A DNA stretch of 64,000 nucleotides from contig CAWJFY010000006.1 of NCBI GenBank assembly GCA_963842295.1, positions 182,109 to 246,108 on the forward strand, given 5' to 3'. A program made the position numbers and the translations under genes. This document shows positions 18,745 to 28,373 of the stretch, piece by piece. Within the stretch, counting starts at the first letter, position 1; every line of letters begins with the position of its first letter. Origin of the DNA: an uncultured Actinomycetota bacterium. Lineage in GTDB: Bacteria; Actinomycetota; UBA4738; HRBIN12. The notes below the pieces were generated by a model, which did no database searches, had not been told where the DNA came from, and saw only the letters and a program-made list of their open reading frames with translations.

Positions 18745-19659
18745 ATGCGCTTCCATCGGGTCCTTCTCATCGTCAATCCCGTGGCACGCACCTACTCCAA
18801 GCCGGTGCTGGCCGTGATCGAGAAAGCACTGTCTGCTGACTTCCGGCTCGAGGTTGCGGAGACCAAGGGGCGCGGGCACGCGCAGGAGCTCGCTGCGCAG
18901 GCCGCCTCCGAGGGCGTCCACATGGTCGCCGTGCTGTCGGGGGACGGGACGATCAACGAGACGGTCAACGCCTTGGCCGGGACCGAGACCGCGCTGGCAC
19001 CGCTCCCGGGGGGCGCGACCAACATCTTGGCGCGGGCCCTCGGGTTGCCGCTGGATCCCGTCGAGGCGACCGGCATGCTGATCTCGAAGGCGCTCGACGA
19101 CGAAACCTTCAAGCTCAACCTGGGTCGGGCGGACGGGCGCTACTTCGCCGTCAACTGCGGGGCCGGCGTGGACGCGGCCGCGATGAAGCGCCTCGATGCG
19201 AAGTTCCCGAGGACGAAGGAGAAGTTCGATCGGGTCGCCTTCCGAGTGGTCGCGTGGGAGTTGCTTGTCGGCTACGCCGGCCGCCGACCAGACTTGCGAC
19301 TGTCAGTGGACGGGGGAGAGCCAACGCCATCGCTCTCCGTGATGGTGGGTCGGACCGATCCCTACACCTACTACAAGGGTGTCGGCCTCCGGATGACACC
19401 GGACGCCTCACTGGACGCGGGCCTCGACGTGCTCTCCGTGCGCAAGCTCGCGCGCCGGAGTATCCCGAGGATCGCATGGCAGGTGTTCGGATCGGCGCGG
19501 CACGTGCACGGGCGCGACATCGACTACGTCCATGACGCGTCGAGCGTGGTGGTGACATCGGACACGGCGTTCCCGGCGCAGGTGGACGGCGACACGTACG
19601 GGGAGCATCGCCGGCTCGAGATGACCCTGGCTCCCGAGGCGCTCTGGGTCGTCGCCTGA
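18745..19659 (+). CDS. Diacylglycerol/lipid kinase family protein
   Basis: LIVNPVA, SGDGTINE, LPGGATNILARALG, QVDGD. Confidence 0.9.
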   Translation: MRFHRVLLIVNPVARTYSKPVLAVIEKALSADFRLEVAETKGRGHAQELAAQAASEGVHMVAVLSGDGTINETVNALAGTETALAPLPGGATNILARALGLPLDPVEATGMLISKALDDETFKLNLGRADGRYFAVNCGAGVDAAAMKRLDAKFPRTKEKFDRVAFRVVAWELLVGYAGRRPDLRLSVDGGEPTPSLSVMVGRTDPYTYYKGVGLRMTPDASLDAGLDVLSVRKLARRSIPRIAWQVFGSARHVHGRDIDYVHDASSVVVTSDTAFPAQVDGDTYGEHRRLEMTLAPEALWVVA

Positions 19660-19679
19660 GGGCGACGGCAGCCTCGGAG

Positions 19680-20429
19680 TCAGGAGCTTGACGGGTTGGT
19701 GGCCGCTTGGTTCGCGGTCTCGCCGACGTGGATCCCGCACTCCCACTTGGCGATCCCGGCCCACCGTCCCGCCCGCTCCGGCTCGCCCGCGAACCGGAGC
19801 CGCGTGCACGGCGCGCAGCCGATCGAGGAGTAGCCCAGGTCGTAGAGCGGGTTGTGGGGGAGCTCGAACTCGTTCAGGTAGCGCCAGACCTGGGGTTTGG
19901 TCCAGTTGGCCATCGGATTGATCTTCACGATGTCGTTCCCCGGCTCCAGCTCGTAGCGCTCCACGATCGGAGTGGTCGCGCGGGTCGGTGAGGAGTCTCG
20001 GCGCACCGACGTGATCCAGGCGTCGAGTCCGCGGAGCGCTTCGAACATCGGCCGGACCTTGTTGATCTCGCAGCACATCTCCGGGTTGCTCTCGAACAGG
20101 CGCGCGCCGAACTCGGCCTCCTGCCGGTCGTTCGTGTACTCGCCCACCAGGTCCACGACGTGCAGACCGAGCCGCTCGGTCAGCTGTTCCTTGAAGGCAA
20201 GTGTCTCCGCGAACTGGAACCCGGTCTCCAGGAAGAGGATCGGGACGTCCGGCTGGATCTGTGTCGCCATGTGGATCACGACCGTGCCCTCGGTCTGGAA
20301 CGCCGACGCGATGGCGATGTGCTCCAAGCCGCTCTTCTCGAGCGCCCACGCCAGGATGTCGCTCGGTTGTGCTCCCTCGAAATCGAGGTTCAAAGAAGCG
20401 ATCTCGTCATCAGAAAGGAGGGTCTTCAT
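19680..20429 (-). CDS. cysH: APS/PAPS reductase, [4Fe-4S]-type
   Basis: [39 protein letters not shown]. Confidence 0.92.
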   Translation of the reverse strand: MKTLLSDDEIASLNLDFEGAQPSDILAWALEKSGLEHIAIASAFQTEGTVVIHMATQIQPDVPILFLETGFQFAETLAFKEQLTERLGLHVVDLVGEYTNDRQEAEFGARLFESNPEMCCEINKVRPMFEALRGLDAWITSVRRDSSPTRATTPIVERYELEPGNDIVKINPMANWTKPQVWRYLNEFELPHNPLYDLGYSSIGCAPCTRLRFAGEPERAGRWAGIAKWECGIHVGETANQAATNPSSS

Positions 20430-20625
20430 AGGCACCGGCGCCTGGATCGGAACCGGCAGTCTACCCCGCCTCGCGCCAGGGAGCGCCCCGAGACCGCCTG
20501 GAAAGGGCTGCGCGGCCAAGGATCAGGCAGGTGGTCAACCCGTATCCTGGGGTTGTGCCCCGGTGTGCTTGGCCCGCCGCGGGTGCTCGCTCTCAACGGC
20601 CGATCGATCGAAAGGAAGAACGTCC

Positions 20626-21789
20626 ATGTCCACCATCGATCCGCACGGGGGGACCCTCGTGCAGCTCCTCGCGGAGGGTGCAAACGCGGACGCCCTCCGA
20701 GACGAGGCCCGCAACCTGCCGAAGCTCAGCGTCTCCGAACGCGAGCTCTCCGACCTCGAGATGCTCGCCGTTGGGGCACTTTCACCACTCACCGGCTTCC
20801 AGGGTGAGGCCGACTACCACTCGGTCCTCGAGACGATGCACCTGCAGAGCGGCCTGCCGTGGTCGATCCCCGTCACCCTCTCGGTCGACGAGGAGGGGGC
20901 GCATCGGCTCGGTGGCGCCGACGCCGTGGCCTTGACCGCATCCGAGGGGAGTGAGCCGCTCGCCGTCCTCCGGATCACCGAGATCTTCAAACGGGATCGG
21001 TCGAAGGAGTCACAGGCGGTGTTCCAGACCGAGGACCTCGAGCATCCGGGCGTGAAGGCGCTGCGCGACGCCGGCGACCGCTGCGTGGCCGGCACCCTCG
21101 AGGTGATCGCCCTGCCGCCCCACGACGACTTCCTCGAGTACCGGCTCCCACCGGCGGAGACTCGGGCGGAGTTCGACCGTCGTGGATGGCGGACGGTCGT
21201 CGGCTTCCAGACACGCAACCCGATCCACCGAGCCCATGAGTACATCCAGAAGTGCGCGCTCGAGATCGTCGACGGCCTGCTGGTGCATCCGTTGGTCGGT
21301 GCGACGAAGGCCGACGACGTGCCGCCAGACGTACGGATGCGGTGCTACGAGGCTCTGTTCGAGGGCTACTACCCGAAGGACCGGGCGATGGTCTCGGTGT
21401 TCCCGGCGGCGATGCGCTACGCGGGTCCGAAGGAGGCGATCTGGCACGCGATCTGCCGGAAGAACTACGGGTGCACCCACTTCATCGTCGGGCGCGATCA
21501 TGCCGGCGTCGGCGACTACTACGGGACCTACGACGCGCAGAAGATCTTCGAGCGATTCGAGCCGGGCGAGCTGGGGATCACCCCACTGATGTTCGAGCAC
21601 TCCTTCTGGTGCAACCGCTGCGAAGGCATGGCGTCCCCGAAGACCTGTCCTCACGACGAGGGCGAGCGCGTCTCGTTGTCGGGCACGAAGGTGCGGGACA
21701 TGCTCCGGGCCGGGGAGCGGCCGCCACAGGAATTCTCGCGGCCCGAGGTGGCGGAGATCCTGATCGCGGCGATGCGGGGCGAGGGTTAG
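20626..21789 (+). CDS. sat: Sulfate adenylyltransferase
   Basis: [40 protein letters not shown]. Confidence 0.96.
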   Translation: MSTIDPHGGTLVQLLAEGANADALRDEARNLPKLSVSERELSDLEMLAVGALSPLTGFQGEADYHSVLETMHLQSGLPWSIPVTLSVDEEGAHRLGGADAVALTASEGSEPLAVLRITEIFKRDRSKESQAVFQTEDLEHPGVKALRDAGDRCVAGTLEVIALPPHDDFLEYRLPPAETRAEFDRRGWRTVVGFQTRNPIHRAHEYIQKCALEIVDGLLVHPLVGATKADDVPPDVRMRCYEALFEGYYPKDRAMVSVFPAAMRYAGPKEAIWHAICRKNYGCTHFIVGRDHAGVGDYYGTYDAQKIFERFEPGELGITPLMFEHSFWCNRCEGMASPKTCPHDEGERVSLSGTKVRDMLRAGERPPQEFSRPEVAEILIAAMRGEG

Positions 21790-22337
21790 CCTTCCCCGCC
21801 CTCGGCGACCAGATCGCCGGGGAGCAAGCCCATCACGAGGTGGTCGACACGGCCACCGTGGACGAAGGCCGCCTCCCGGAGGCGGCCTTCGTCCACGAAG
21901 CCGACCTTCTCGTACGCCTTGATGGCCTGCGCGTTGTTGGCGTTCACGAACAGGGTGATGCGATGCAGGTTCACGTGCTCGAAGCCGAAGCGGCAGAGGG
22001 TCCTGACGGCGTCGGTGCCGTAGCCGCCTCGCCACCAGGGCCGGGCCACCCAGATCCCCAGCTCGGCCGTCCGCGTGGGCGCCTCGATCTTCATGAGGTC
22101 GCACATGCCGATGGGTCCCGGTTCCTCGAGCCGCTCGATCACCAGGTTGAGGTGGTCCGGGTTCTTCCTCGCCGACGAGATCCACGCGTGGAACGACTCG
22201 ATCGACTGGGGGAAGGGCATCCCCAGGCCGCTCCGCACGCCGTGGTCGTTGAACAGCTCGTTCAGGGTGTCGTCGGCCGGCTCGGGCGCTCGGAGGCGCA
22301 CGAGCCGGCCGGTCAAGAAGGGAGGGTGCAGCTCCAC
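21786..22337 (-). CDS. GNAT acetyltransferase (RimJ/RimL family)
   Basis: AELGIWV...[11 protein letters not shown]...[21 protein letters not shown]. Confidence 0.9.
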   Translation of the reverse strand: MELHPPFLTGRLVRLRAPEPADDTLNELFNDHGVRSGLGMPFPQSIESFHAWISSARKNPDHLNLVIERLEEPGPIGMCDLMKIEAPTRTAELGIWVARPWWRGGYGTDAVRTLCRFGFEHVNLHRITLFVNANNAQAIKAYEKVGFVDEGRLREAAFVHGGRVDHLVMGLLPGDLVAEGGEG

Positions 22338-22482
22338 ACGCGCCAGGATAGAAGGGAGGGGCGGACAGACCGCGCGACGAGTCGAGTTGAGCGCCTCCAG
22401 GGCTCACTGGTAGCCTCGTCGCGCCGTCGATGCCGATAGGGAGGCACCCGCAACGGCCACTCCCCGCACCCTCATACGACCC

Positions 22483-23460
22483 GTGTTCGCCCTCCTGCTG
22501 GGGGCCGCCGCGCTGAGCTCGATCCCCGCGTGGGCGCAGGAGTCGAAGCTCGACGCGGCGAAGAACCGACTGGAGTCCGCGCGATCCGAGCTCGATCGGG
22601 TCACCGGGCTCTGGCAACAGACCGAGTCGCGACTCGCTCAGGCGAAGGATGCCGCCGCGGACGCGCGCACCCGGATCGTCGGGCTCGAGGGCCAGCTCGC
22701 GGGGATCCAGAGGAGCCTGAACGATCGGGTCGCGGCCGCCTTCATGTCGGGTGGCTCGTTCTCGATCGGCGCGCTCCTCACGGCCGATTCGATCCAGGAC
22801 GCGGCCGACCGGCTCCAGTACACACAGAGCGTGGTGCAGGGGGATGCTGACCTCGCGACGCGGGTGGCGGTCGTCGCCGAGGAGCTCCGGCGCCAGGAGA
22901 CGCGGCTCCGAGGTGCCGCCCGACAGGAGGCCGAGGCGGCGGCCGAGCTCGAGTCGCAGCGAGAGCAGATCGGCGCCAAGGTGCAGCAACTGAACGACGT
23001 CGTCGAGGAGCTGGAAGCGCAGCTCGAGGCCGCCGACGAGCAGCAGCTCAACCTCGGCGGTGGGGTCTCGCTCACCGGGACCGGCGCGATCCAGACCTGC
23101 CCGGTGGCCGGGAACACCTCGTTCGTGGATTCCTTCGGCGATCCGCGCCCGGGTGGTCGGAGCCACGCAGGGATCGACCTGATCGCGGCGTACGGCACCC
23201 CGGTCGTCGCCGTGGCGTCGGGCGTGGCGGGACCGGCGGGGAGCATCGGCGGGCTCGGCGTGACCCTGCAGCACGACAGCGATGGGGACTGGACGTTCTA
23301 CGCGCACCTTTCGAGCTACGGGGCGAGTGGGCACGTCTCCGCAGGGACGGTGATCGGCTACGTCGGGCCGGGCAACGGCGTGAACCACCTCCACTTCGAG
23401 TACCACCCGAGCGGCGGCGCGGCCGTGAATCCTTATGCGGCCCTGAGGGCCGTCTGCTGA
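22483..23460 (+). CDS. Secreted coiled-coil M23 peptidase
   Basis: Signal peptide (AWA), coiled coil, HAGIDL, YAHL, HLHFEYHP; start uncertain. Confidence 0.88.
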   Translation: MFALLLGAAALSSIPAWAQESKLDAAKNRLESARSELDRVTGLWQQTESRLAQAKDAAADARTRIVGLEGQLAGIQRSLNDRVAAAFMSGGSFSIGALLTADSIQDAADRLQYTQSVVQGDADLATRVAVVAEELRRQETRLRGAARQEAEAAAELESQREQIGAKVQQLNDVVEELEAQLEAADEQQLNLGGGVSLTGTGAIQTCPVAGNTSFVDSFGDPRPGGRSHAGIDLIAAYGTPVVAVASGVAGPAGSIGGLGVTLQHDSDGDWTFYAHLSSYGASGHVSAGTVIGYVGPGNGVNHLHFEYHPSGGAAVNPYAALRAVC

Positions 23461-23489
23461 GCCTCGATGCCGGTAGTAGCATCGCCGCC

Positions 23490-24020
23490 GTGAGTGAAGG
23501 TCAGCCGGCGAACCGCCGCATCGACCGGATCCGCGATCCCTCGTACATCGAAGGCATCGACACGATGCCGCTCGAAGACGTTCGGGCTCGCCGAGACGAG
23601 AGCATGGCCGAGCGCGAGTACCTCTCGCTGCTCCGGCGCCTCGTCCAAGGGCGGGCGGAGATCCTCAAGGCGGAGCTCGCATCCCGCAGCAACGACGACC
23701 ACCGGCCGCTGGTGGACCGTCTCTCGGAGATCCTCGCCTCCGATCAGCCCTCCACCTCCCGGGGAGAGGCGATGCGCATCTCGTTGCCCGAGGAGGAGAT
23801 GATGCTGGCGCGCCGGAGGATCGAGCGGCTCGTCGCCGACGCCGGTATCAGCGATCCCTCCGCGCTGGATGACACCAGGCTGCGGGAGGCGGTGGAGGTG
23901 CTGGCCGGCGAGGAGCGCGAGGTGTCCGCCCAGCGCGGGGACGTCCACCGCGTGCTCGACGCCCTCCAGGACGAGCTCAAACGGCGGTACAAGGAGGATC
24001 CGAGCCTCGCGCTGAGCTGA
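23490..24020 (+). CDS. rsiG: RsiG/AmfC-family c-di-GMP-binding anti-sigma factor
   Basis: Two motif-like segments R-EYL-S-LL-R-RLV-Q-GRA-E and E-REV-S-AQ-R-GDV-H-RVL-D; ELKRRY C-terminus; asparaginase II nearby. Confidence 0.82.
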   Translation: MSEGQPANRRIDRIRDPSYIEGIDTMPLEDVRARRDESMAEREYLSLLRRLVQGRAEILKAELASRSNDDHRPLVDRLSEILASDQPSTSRGEAMRISLPEEEMMLARRRIERLVADAGISDPSALDDTRLREAVEVLAGEEREVSAQRGDVHRVLDALQDELKRRYKEDPSLALS

Positions 24021-24138
24021 GCACCTCCCGCACGCGGCATCCCCCGTCACCGGTAGCGGATTCCCCCGGTCGCCCGATACCCCCACCGTGGATCCCCTGC
24101 CAAGGTGACGGCCACTTCTCCGAGGATGGGGCGAACCA

Positions 24139-24921
24139 TTGAACGATCACGAAGACGGGGGATCCGGGGCAGTGGCACGGCAACTCTCGGGAGATCCCGG
24201 GGCGGAATCCCTGCATGACCAGCTGAAGGTATTCGCGCGCGAGGTCGGGGTGCTCTACTCCGCCGAGCGGGTGCGCACGCGTGAGCTCGAGCACGCGCTG
24301 GAGAGCGCTCGGGAGATGTACTTCGCCACGATGAAGTCGCTCGCCCACGTGGTGGAGGCGAAGGACCCCACGACCAGAGGTCATCTGGACCGAACGGCCC
24401 ATTACGGCCTCACGCTCGCTCGCAGGGTCGATCCCGAGCTCGCGGCCCAGCCAGAGGTCGCCTACGGCTTCTTCCTCCACGACATCGGGAAGGTCGGGAT
24501 CCCCGAGTCGATCCTCTGCAAGGCCGGTCCGCTGACCGAGCTGGAATGGGTCGTGATGCGGTCCCACCCCAACCAGGGGGCGAGGATCGTCGAGCCCATC
24601 CCCTTCATGGGCGAGGCCGTCGACATCGTCCGCAGTCATCACGAGAGGTTCGATGGCGCCGGCTATCCCAGGGGACTGCGGGGCGAGGAGATCCCGCTGG
24701 CGGCGCGGATCTTCTCGATCGCGGATTCCTTCGATGCGATGACCAGCGATCGCCCGTACCGTTCGGCGCTCTCGACCGAGGAGGCCGTCGCCGAGATCCG
24801 CGCCGCCAGCGGCACCCAGTTCGATCCGCGCTGTGTCGAGGCGTTCGAGACCCTCGCCGAGGAGGACGCCGGCTTCGTGCTCCACGACAAGCGTTTCATC
24901 CCGACGTTCGCCGCGAGCTGA
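24139..24921 (+). CDS. HD-GYP domain protein (putative c-di-GMP phosphodiesterase)
   Basis: EAKDPTTRGH, LHDIGK, HHERFDGAGYPRGLRGEEIPLAARI, DAMTSDRPYR. Confidence 0.92.
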   Translation: MNDHEDGGSGAVARQLSGDPGAESLHDQLKVFAREVGVLYSAERVRTRELEHALESAREMYFATMKSLAHVVEAKDPTTRGHLDRTAHYGLTLARRVDPELAAQPEVAYGFFLHDIGKVGIPESILCKAGPLTELEWVVMRSHPNQGARIVEPIPFMGEAVDIVRSHHERFDGAGYPRGLRGEEIPLAARIFSIADSFDAMTSDRPYRSALSTEEAVAEIRAASGTQFDPRCVEAFETLAEEDAGFVLHDKRFIPTFAAS

Positions 24922-24966
24922 GCCGGGGCGGCCGTTTCGGGTCGGTGTCGCTAGGCTTCGGCCCCG

Positions 24967-25932
24967 ATGACTGCGCCCGCCGAGCTCGTCCATGTGGTGC
25001 GCAACGGTCTCGTGGAGTCCGTGCACACCGGCGACGTGGCGGTCTGCACCGCCGACGGACGGCTCCGCGCGTTCGCGGGCGACCCCGATCGCATGCTGTT
25101 CGGCCGCTCCTGCGAGAAGCCGTTGCAAGGCGCGGTCTCGCTCTCCTCGATGGACGAGCCGGATCTCCCCGACGACGAGATCGCCGTGATGTGCGCTTCC
25201 CACTCGGGGGAGGCGATCCACGTGGCCACCGTCCGCCGTCTGCTGCGTCGAGGTCCCGTCGCCGTCTCGGCGCTCCTGACGCCGCGCGACCGTGCGACGA
25301 AAGGCGCGCGGTCGCGCATCTGGGACGGGTGCTCCGGGAACCACGCGGGGCTGCTGGTGGCGTCGGCTCGCCGGGGATGGGACCTGGGCAGCTACCGAGC
25401 GCCGGGTCATCCCGTCCAGCGCCGTGTGCTCCGGGCCGTCACGGCCGCAACCGACGTCGAGCGGCCGAGGATCGGAGTAGACGGCTGCGGGATCCCGGTT
25501 CACGGCGTTCCTCTCCGCGCGATGGCCATGATGTTCGCTCGTCTCGGGGAGCCGGACCGACTGGGGCGGCTCGCCCCCGCGGCCGACCGGGTCGTTCGCG
25601 GGATGCTCGCCGCCCCGCACATGGTCGGCGGCACCCGGCGGCTGGACACCGACGTGATGATCGCGGGCGCAGGGCAGGTGATCGCGAAAGAGGGAGCCGA
25701 GGGGCTCGTGTGCGCGACCTCGCTGCCTCAAGGGGTCGGGATCGCGCTCAAGGTCACCGACGGGAACTGGCGGCGCCTGGCCCCCGCCGTGGTCAAGGTG
25801 CTCCGTGACCTGGACGTGTTCCCCGAGCCGAACGCCGAAGAGCTCCTGCCCCACGAGCGACTTCCCGTCCTGGGCGGCGAAGAGCCACAGGGCGCCGTCG
25901 AGGCTGTCGTCCGGCTCCGGCGTGGCCGGTAG
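24967..25932 (+). CDS. L-asparaginase II family protein
   Basis: VRNGLVESVHTG, RSCEKPLQ, CASHSGE, CSGNHAG, DGCGIP, AKEGAEG. Confidence 0.85.
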   Translation: MTAPAELVHVVRNGLVESVHTGDVAVCTADGRLRAFAGDPDRMLFGRSCEKPLQGAVSLSSMDEPDLPDDEIAVMCASHSGEAIHVATVRRLLRRGPVAVSALLTPRDRATKGARSRIWDGCSGNHAGLLVASARRGWDLGSYRAPGHPVQRRVLRAVTAATDVERPRIGVDGCGIPVHGVPLRAMAMMFARLGEPDRLGRLAPAADRVVRGMLAAPHMVGGTRRLDTDVMIAGAGQVIAKEGAEGLVCATSLPQGVGIALKVTDGNWRRLAPAVVKVLRDLDVFPEPNAEELLPHERLPVLGGEEPQGAVEAVVRLRRGR

Positions 25933-25968
25933 CCGTCAAGGGAGCTTCTCGTCCGTACCATCGACGGG

Positions 25969-26007
25969 ATGAAAAGGGACCCGATCCGAGGTTGTACTGG
26001 TCCGTGA
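25969..26007 (+). CDS. Candidate leaderless 12-aa leader peptide (MKRDPIRGCTGP) coupled to mshA
   Basis: TACCAT (25956-25961), 7 nt, ATG; TGA overlaps the mshA GTG. Confidence 0.3.
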   Translation: MKRDPIRGCTGP

Positions 26008-27251
26008 GCACCACAACGCAGCACCCACGCGTCGCCGTCCTCGCCGTGCACACCTCTCCGGTCGATCAGCCGGGAACCGGCGACTCGGGCGGGATGAACG
26101 TCTACATCCGCTCGGTGGCGGAGCGTCTGGCAGGCCAGGGGGTCGAGGTGGATCTCTTCACGAGGTGCCGTGGCGGGGCCACGCACGATGTCCGTGAGAT
26201 CGCGCCGGGGATCCGAGTGGTGAGCACGAAGGGTGGTCCCTGTCATCCGCTGCCGAAGTCCGCGGTGCAGCGCTACCTGCCGGAGTTCCTCGGCGGGGTG
26301 CTGCGCGTAGCGAGAGAGGAAGGCAACCGCTACGACGTCGTTCACAGCCACTACTGGCTGTCCGGCTGGGTCGGCCGGGCGACGAAGGAGATCCTCGGCG
26401 TCCCTCTGGTGGCCTCGTTCCACACGCTCGGCAAGGTGAAGAACTACTCGCTCGCTCGGGGGGAGCTCCCGGAGCCCGCCGAGCGCCTCCGAGGGGAAGA
26501 GCGGGTGATCGGCGAGGCCGACATGATCCTGGCGCCGACGCCCGAGGAGGCAGGTCAGCTCGTGGGGCTGTACGGGGCGGATCCCGAACGGATCCGGATC
26601 GTTCCCCCCGGCGTCGATCACTCGATCTTCGTGCCGGCCGACCGGGCAGCGGCTCGCGCGCGGCTGCACCTGTCGGGTCTTCGGCTCGCCCTCTTCGTGG
26701 GTCGGTTGCAGTCCCATAAGGGTCCGGACGTCGCGATCCGCACGCTCGCGGAGGTGGTCGCCCGGGGCGGCGAGACGGCGGAGGACCTGGTGCTCGCGAT
26801 CGTCGGCGGTCCAAGCGGTGAGAGGGCCGGCGCCGAGGTCGCCCGGCTGATGGAGCTCGCGTCGGCTCTCGGCGTCGCCGACCGGGTGATGCTGTTCCCG
26901 CCGCAGCCGCACGCCCGTCTCGCGGACTTCTACTCGGCCGCCGACGTCGTGCTCGTGCCTTCGCGTTCGGAATCGTTCGGGCTCGTCGCCCTCGAAGCCC
27001 AGGCATGCGGCACACCTGTCGTGGCCTCGGCGGTGGGCGGGCTGCGGACGGTCGTCCGGGGCGGCGGGCTGCTCGTCGAGGGTCACGATCCCGCCGACCA
27101 TGCGGACGCGGTGCTCGCGGTCCTCGGCGATGCGGCGTTCGCGACGGCGCTCGGCACCGCGGGCGCTCGGGAATCACTGGGGTTCACCTGGGACGCCACC
27201 ACCGCGGAGGTCCGCGCCGTCTACCGCGAGCTCCTCGAGGCCGCCGCGTGA
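26004..27251 (+). CDS. mshA: D-inositol-3-phosphate glycosyltransferase (mycothiol biosynthesis)
   Basis: VHTSPVDQPGTGDSGGMNVY, HSHYWLSG, HTLGKVKN, ESFGLVALEAQACGTPVVA. Confidence 0.9.
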   Translation: MSTTTQHPRVAVLAVHTSPVDQPGTGDSGGMNVYIRSVAERLAGQGVEVDLFTRCRGGATHDVREIAPGIRVVSTKGGPCHPLPKSAVQRYLPEFLGGVLRVAREEGNRYDVVHSHYWLSGWVGRATKEILGVPLVASFHTLGKVKNYSLARGELPEPAERLRGEERVIGEADMILAPTPEEAGQLVGLYGADPERIRIVPPGVDHSIFVPADRAAARARLHLSGLRLALFVGRLQSHKGPDVAIRTLAEVVARGGETAEDLVLAIVGGPSGERAGAEVARLMELASALGVADRVMLFPPQPHARLADFYSAADVVLVPSRSESFGLVALEAQACGTPVVASAVGGLRTVVRGGGLLVEGHDPADHADAVLAVLGDAAFATALGTAGARESLGFTWDATTAEVRAVYRELLEAAA

Positions 27252-27799
27252 TCCACGGGGTTCGCGTGCTCCTCCGTCCTGTGGAGGAGCACGACTACGC
27301 CCTGATCCATGCCTGGCAGAACGACCCCGAGGTCTGGTGGCTGATGGACTACGAGGGGCCGTTCTCGATGGAGGACATCGTCGAGAGCGAGAAGCGTGCT
27401 CGCGAGGAAGGGCACCCGTACGTGATCGAGGTCGACGGGACGCCGATCGGACGGATCGGACTCAACGCCTTCCGGCGCCGCGACCGCATCTGCGCGCTGT
27501 ACATCCTCATCGGGGAACGTTCGGCCTGGGAGCAGGGGCACGGGACCGATGCGGTCGCGGCACTCGTGGACGAGGCGTTCGATCGCTTCGACCTCCATCG
27601 GGTGGAGCTCTGGTCGACCGCGGACAACGAGCGAGCGATCCACGTGTACGAGAAATGCGGTTTCGCCGTCGACGGGCGGCTTCCGGAGCGATCGTGGAAG
27701 GGCGGCGCGTGGGTCGACCGGGTCGTGATGTCGGTGACGCGCGAGGGCTTCGGAGCTTCGGCAGCGGCGACCGACCTGCGACGTCACCGGAACACCTGA
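27248..27799 (+). CDS. GNAT acetyltransferase (RimJ/RimL family)
   Basis: VLLRPVE...WQNDPEV...GHGTDAV...NERAIHVYEKCGF. Confidence 0.88.
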   Translation: MIHGVRVLLRPVEEHDYALIHAWQNDPEVWWLMDYEGPFSMEDIVESEKRAREEGHPYVIEVDGTPIGRIGLNAFRRRDRICALYILIGERSAWEQGHGTDAVAALVDEAFDRFDLHRVELWSTADNERAIHVYEKCGFAVDGRLPERSWKGGAWVDRVVMSVTREGFGASAAATDLRRHRNT

Positions 27800-27847
27800 A
27801 TCCTTCTCCCTTTTGTCACTTTTCCTTCCAGGGCGTCTACCTGCACA

Positions 27848-27905
27848 TTCGCGTCTGACCTGGGCGAACGCGAAGTTGACCTGCCTCGAGGCCGCCGGGT
27901 AGGTT
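27848..27905 (+). promoter_or_regulatory. SigA-like promoter (TTGACC-N18-TAGGTT) with upstream inverted repeat
   Basis: TTGACC 27876-27881, TAGGTT 27900-27905; TTCGCGT-N13-ACGCGAA at 27848-27874. Confidence 0.7.
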
Positions 27906-27912
27906 TCGCCTC

Positions 27913-28300
27913 GCTCCAAGCAGTCGAAGTGATCGACGCGAGAGGGCCGGACGAGCGGCCGAGACACCGCAAGGTGGACCGGACGCGAGGGACCCAGGAG
28001 GATCCGCGAGGATCCGAGCGGGACCCCGACCGCCGGAGAAGGTCGCGAGACCGGACCCGGAGGGCCCCGCCGGGAACATCGAAAGGTGAACCGGGCGGGG
28101 GGTCCGCGGAGGAAGGAGCGCCGCGAGGCGATCCGGAACCCGCGAATGGCGGAGGTGAGCCGCAAGGCGAACCATCGTCGGCGGTCCGGCAGCCGCGCGA
28201 AGAGAGCGGAGGTTGCTTGGGGCACCAGAGCCCGAGAGGCTGAAGGTGGTTGGGAGCTTCGGTTCCCAGCGAGCCGGAGGTCTCTCGGGTTCTCTCTTTT
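27913..28300 (+). ncRNA. Unidentified large structured non-coding RNA with six GNRA-capped arms
   Basis: 13-bp closing helix 27913-27925/28211-28223 with three G-U pairs; inner helix GCCGGAC/GUCCGGC; six GNRA hairpins; UUCG hairpin; terminator; no credible CDS. Confidence 0.78.
28271..28300 (+). terminator. Intrinsic terminator-like hairpin with U-rich tail
   Basis: GAGCCGGAG-GTCT-CTCGGGTTC (one mismatch) followed by TCTCTTTT. Confidence 0.55.
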
Positions 28301-28373
28301 CCGATCTCTTTCGCCCACACCTCATCCGGCTCGTCCCGCTCGTGGGCTCTTTTCCGCTAGCTTCCCTTGCGCC

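Noticed and set aside
20430-20625. SAM riboswitch between cysH and sat
   Set aside because: No recognisable SAM-I/IV core; only divergent -10 boxes.
24040-24080. WhiG/sigma28 promoter upstream of HD-GYP
   Set aside because: CCCGATAC resembles the -10 element but there is no convincing -35.
27913-28300. RNase P, tmRNA, SRP or CRISPR identity for the ncRNA
   Set aside because: No GAGGAAAGUCC, no tRNA-like ends or tag ORF, only partial SRP-loop resemblance in one arm, and no identical repeats with spacers.
27784-28320. ORFs overlapping the structured intergenic region
   Set aside because: Low-complexity R/G/P/S translations with no motifs; RNA structure explains the sequence better.
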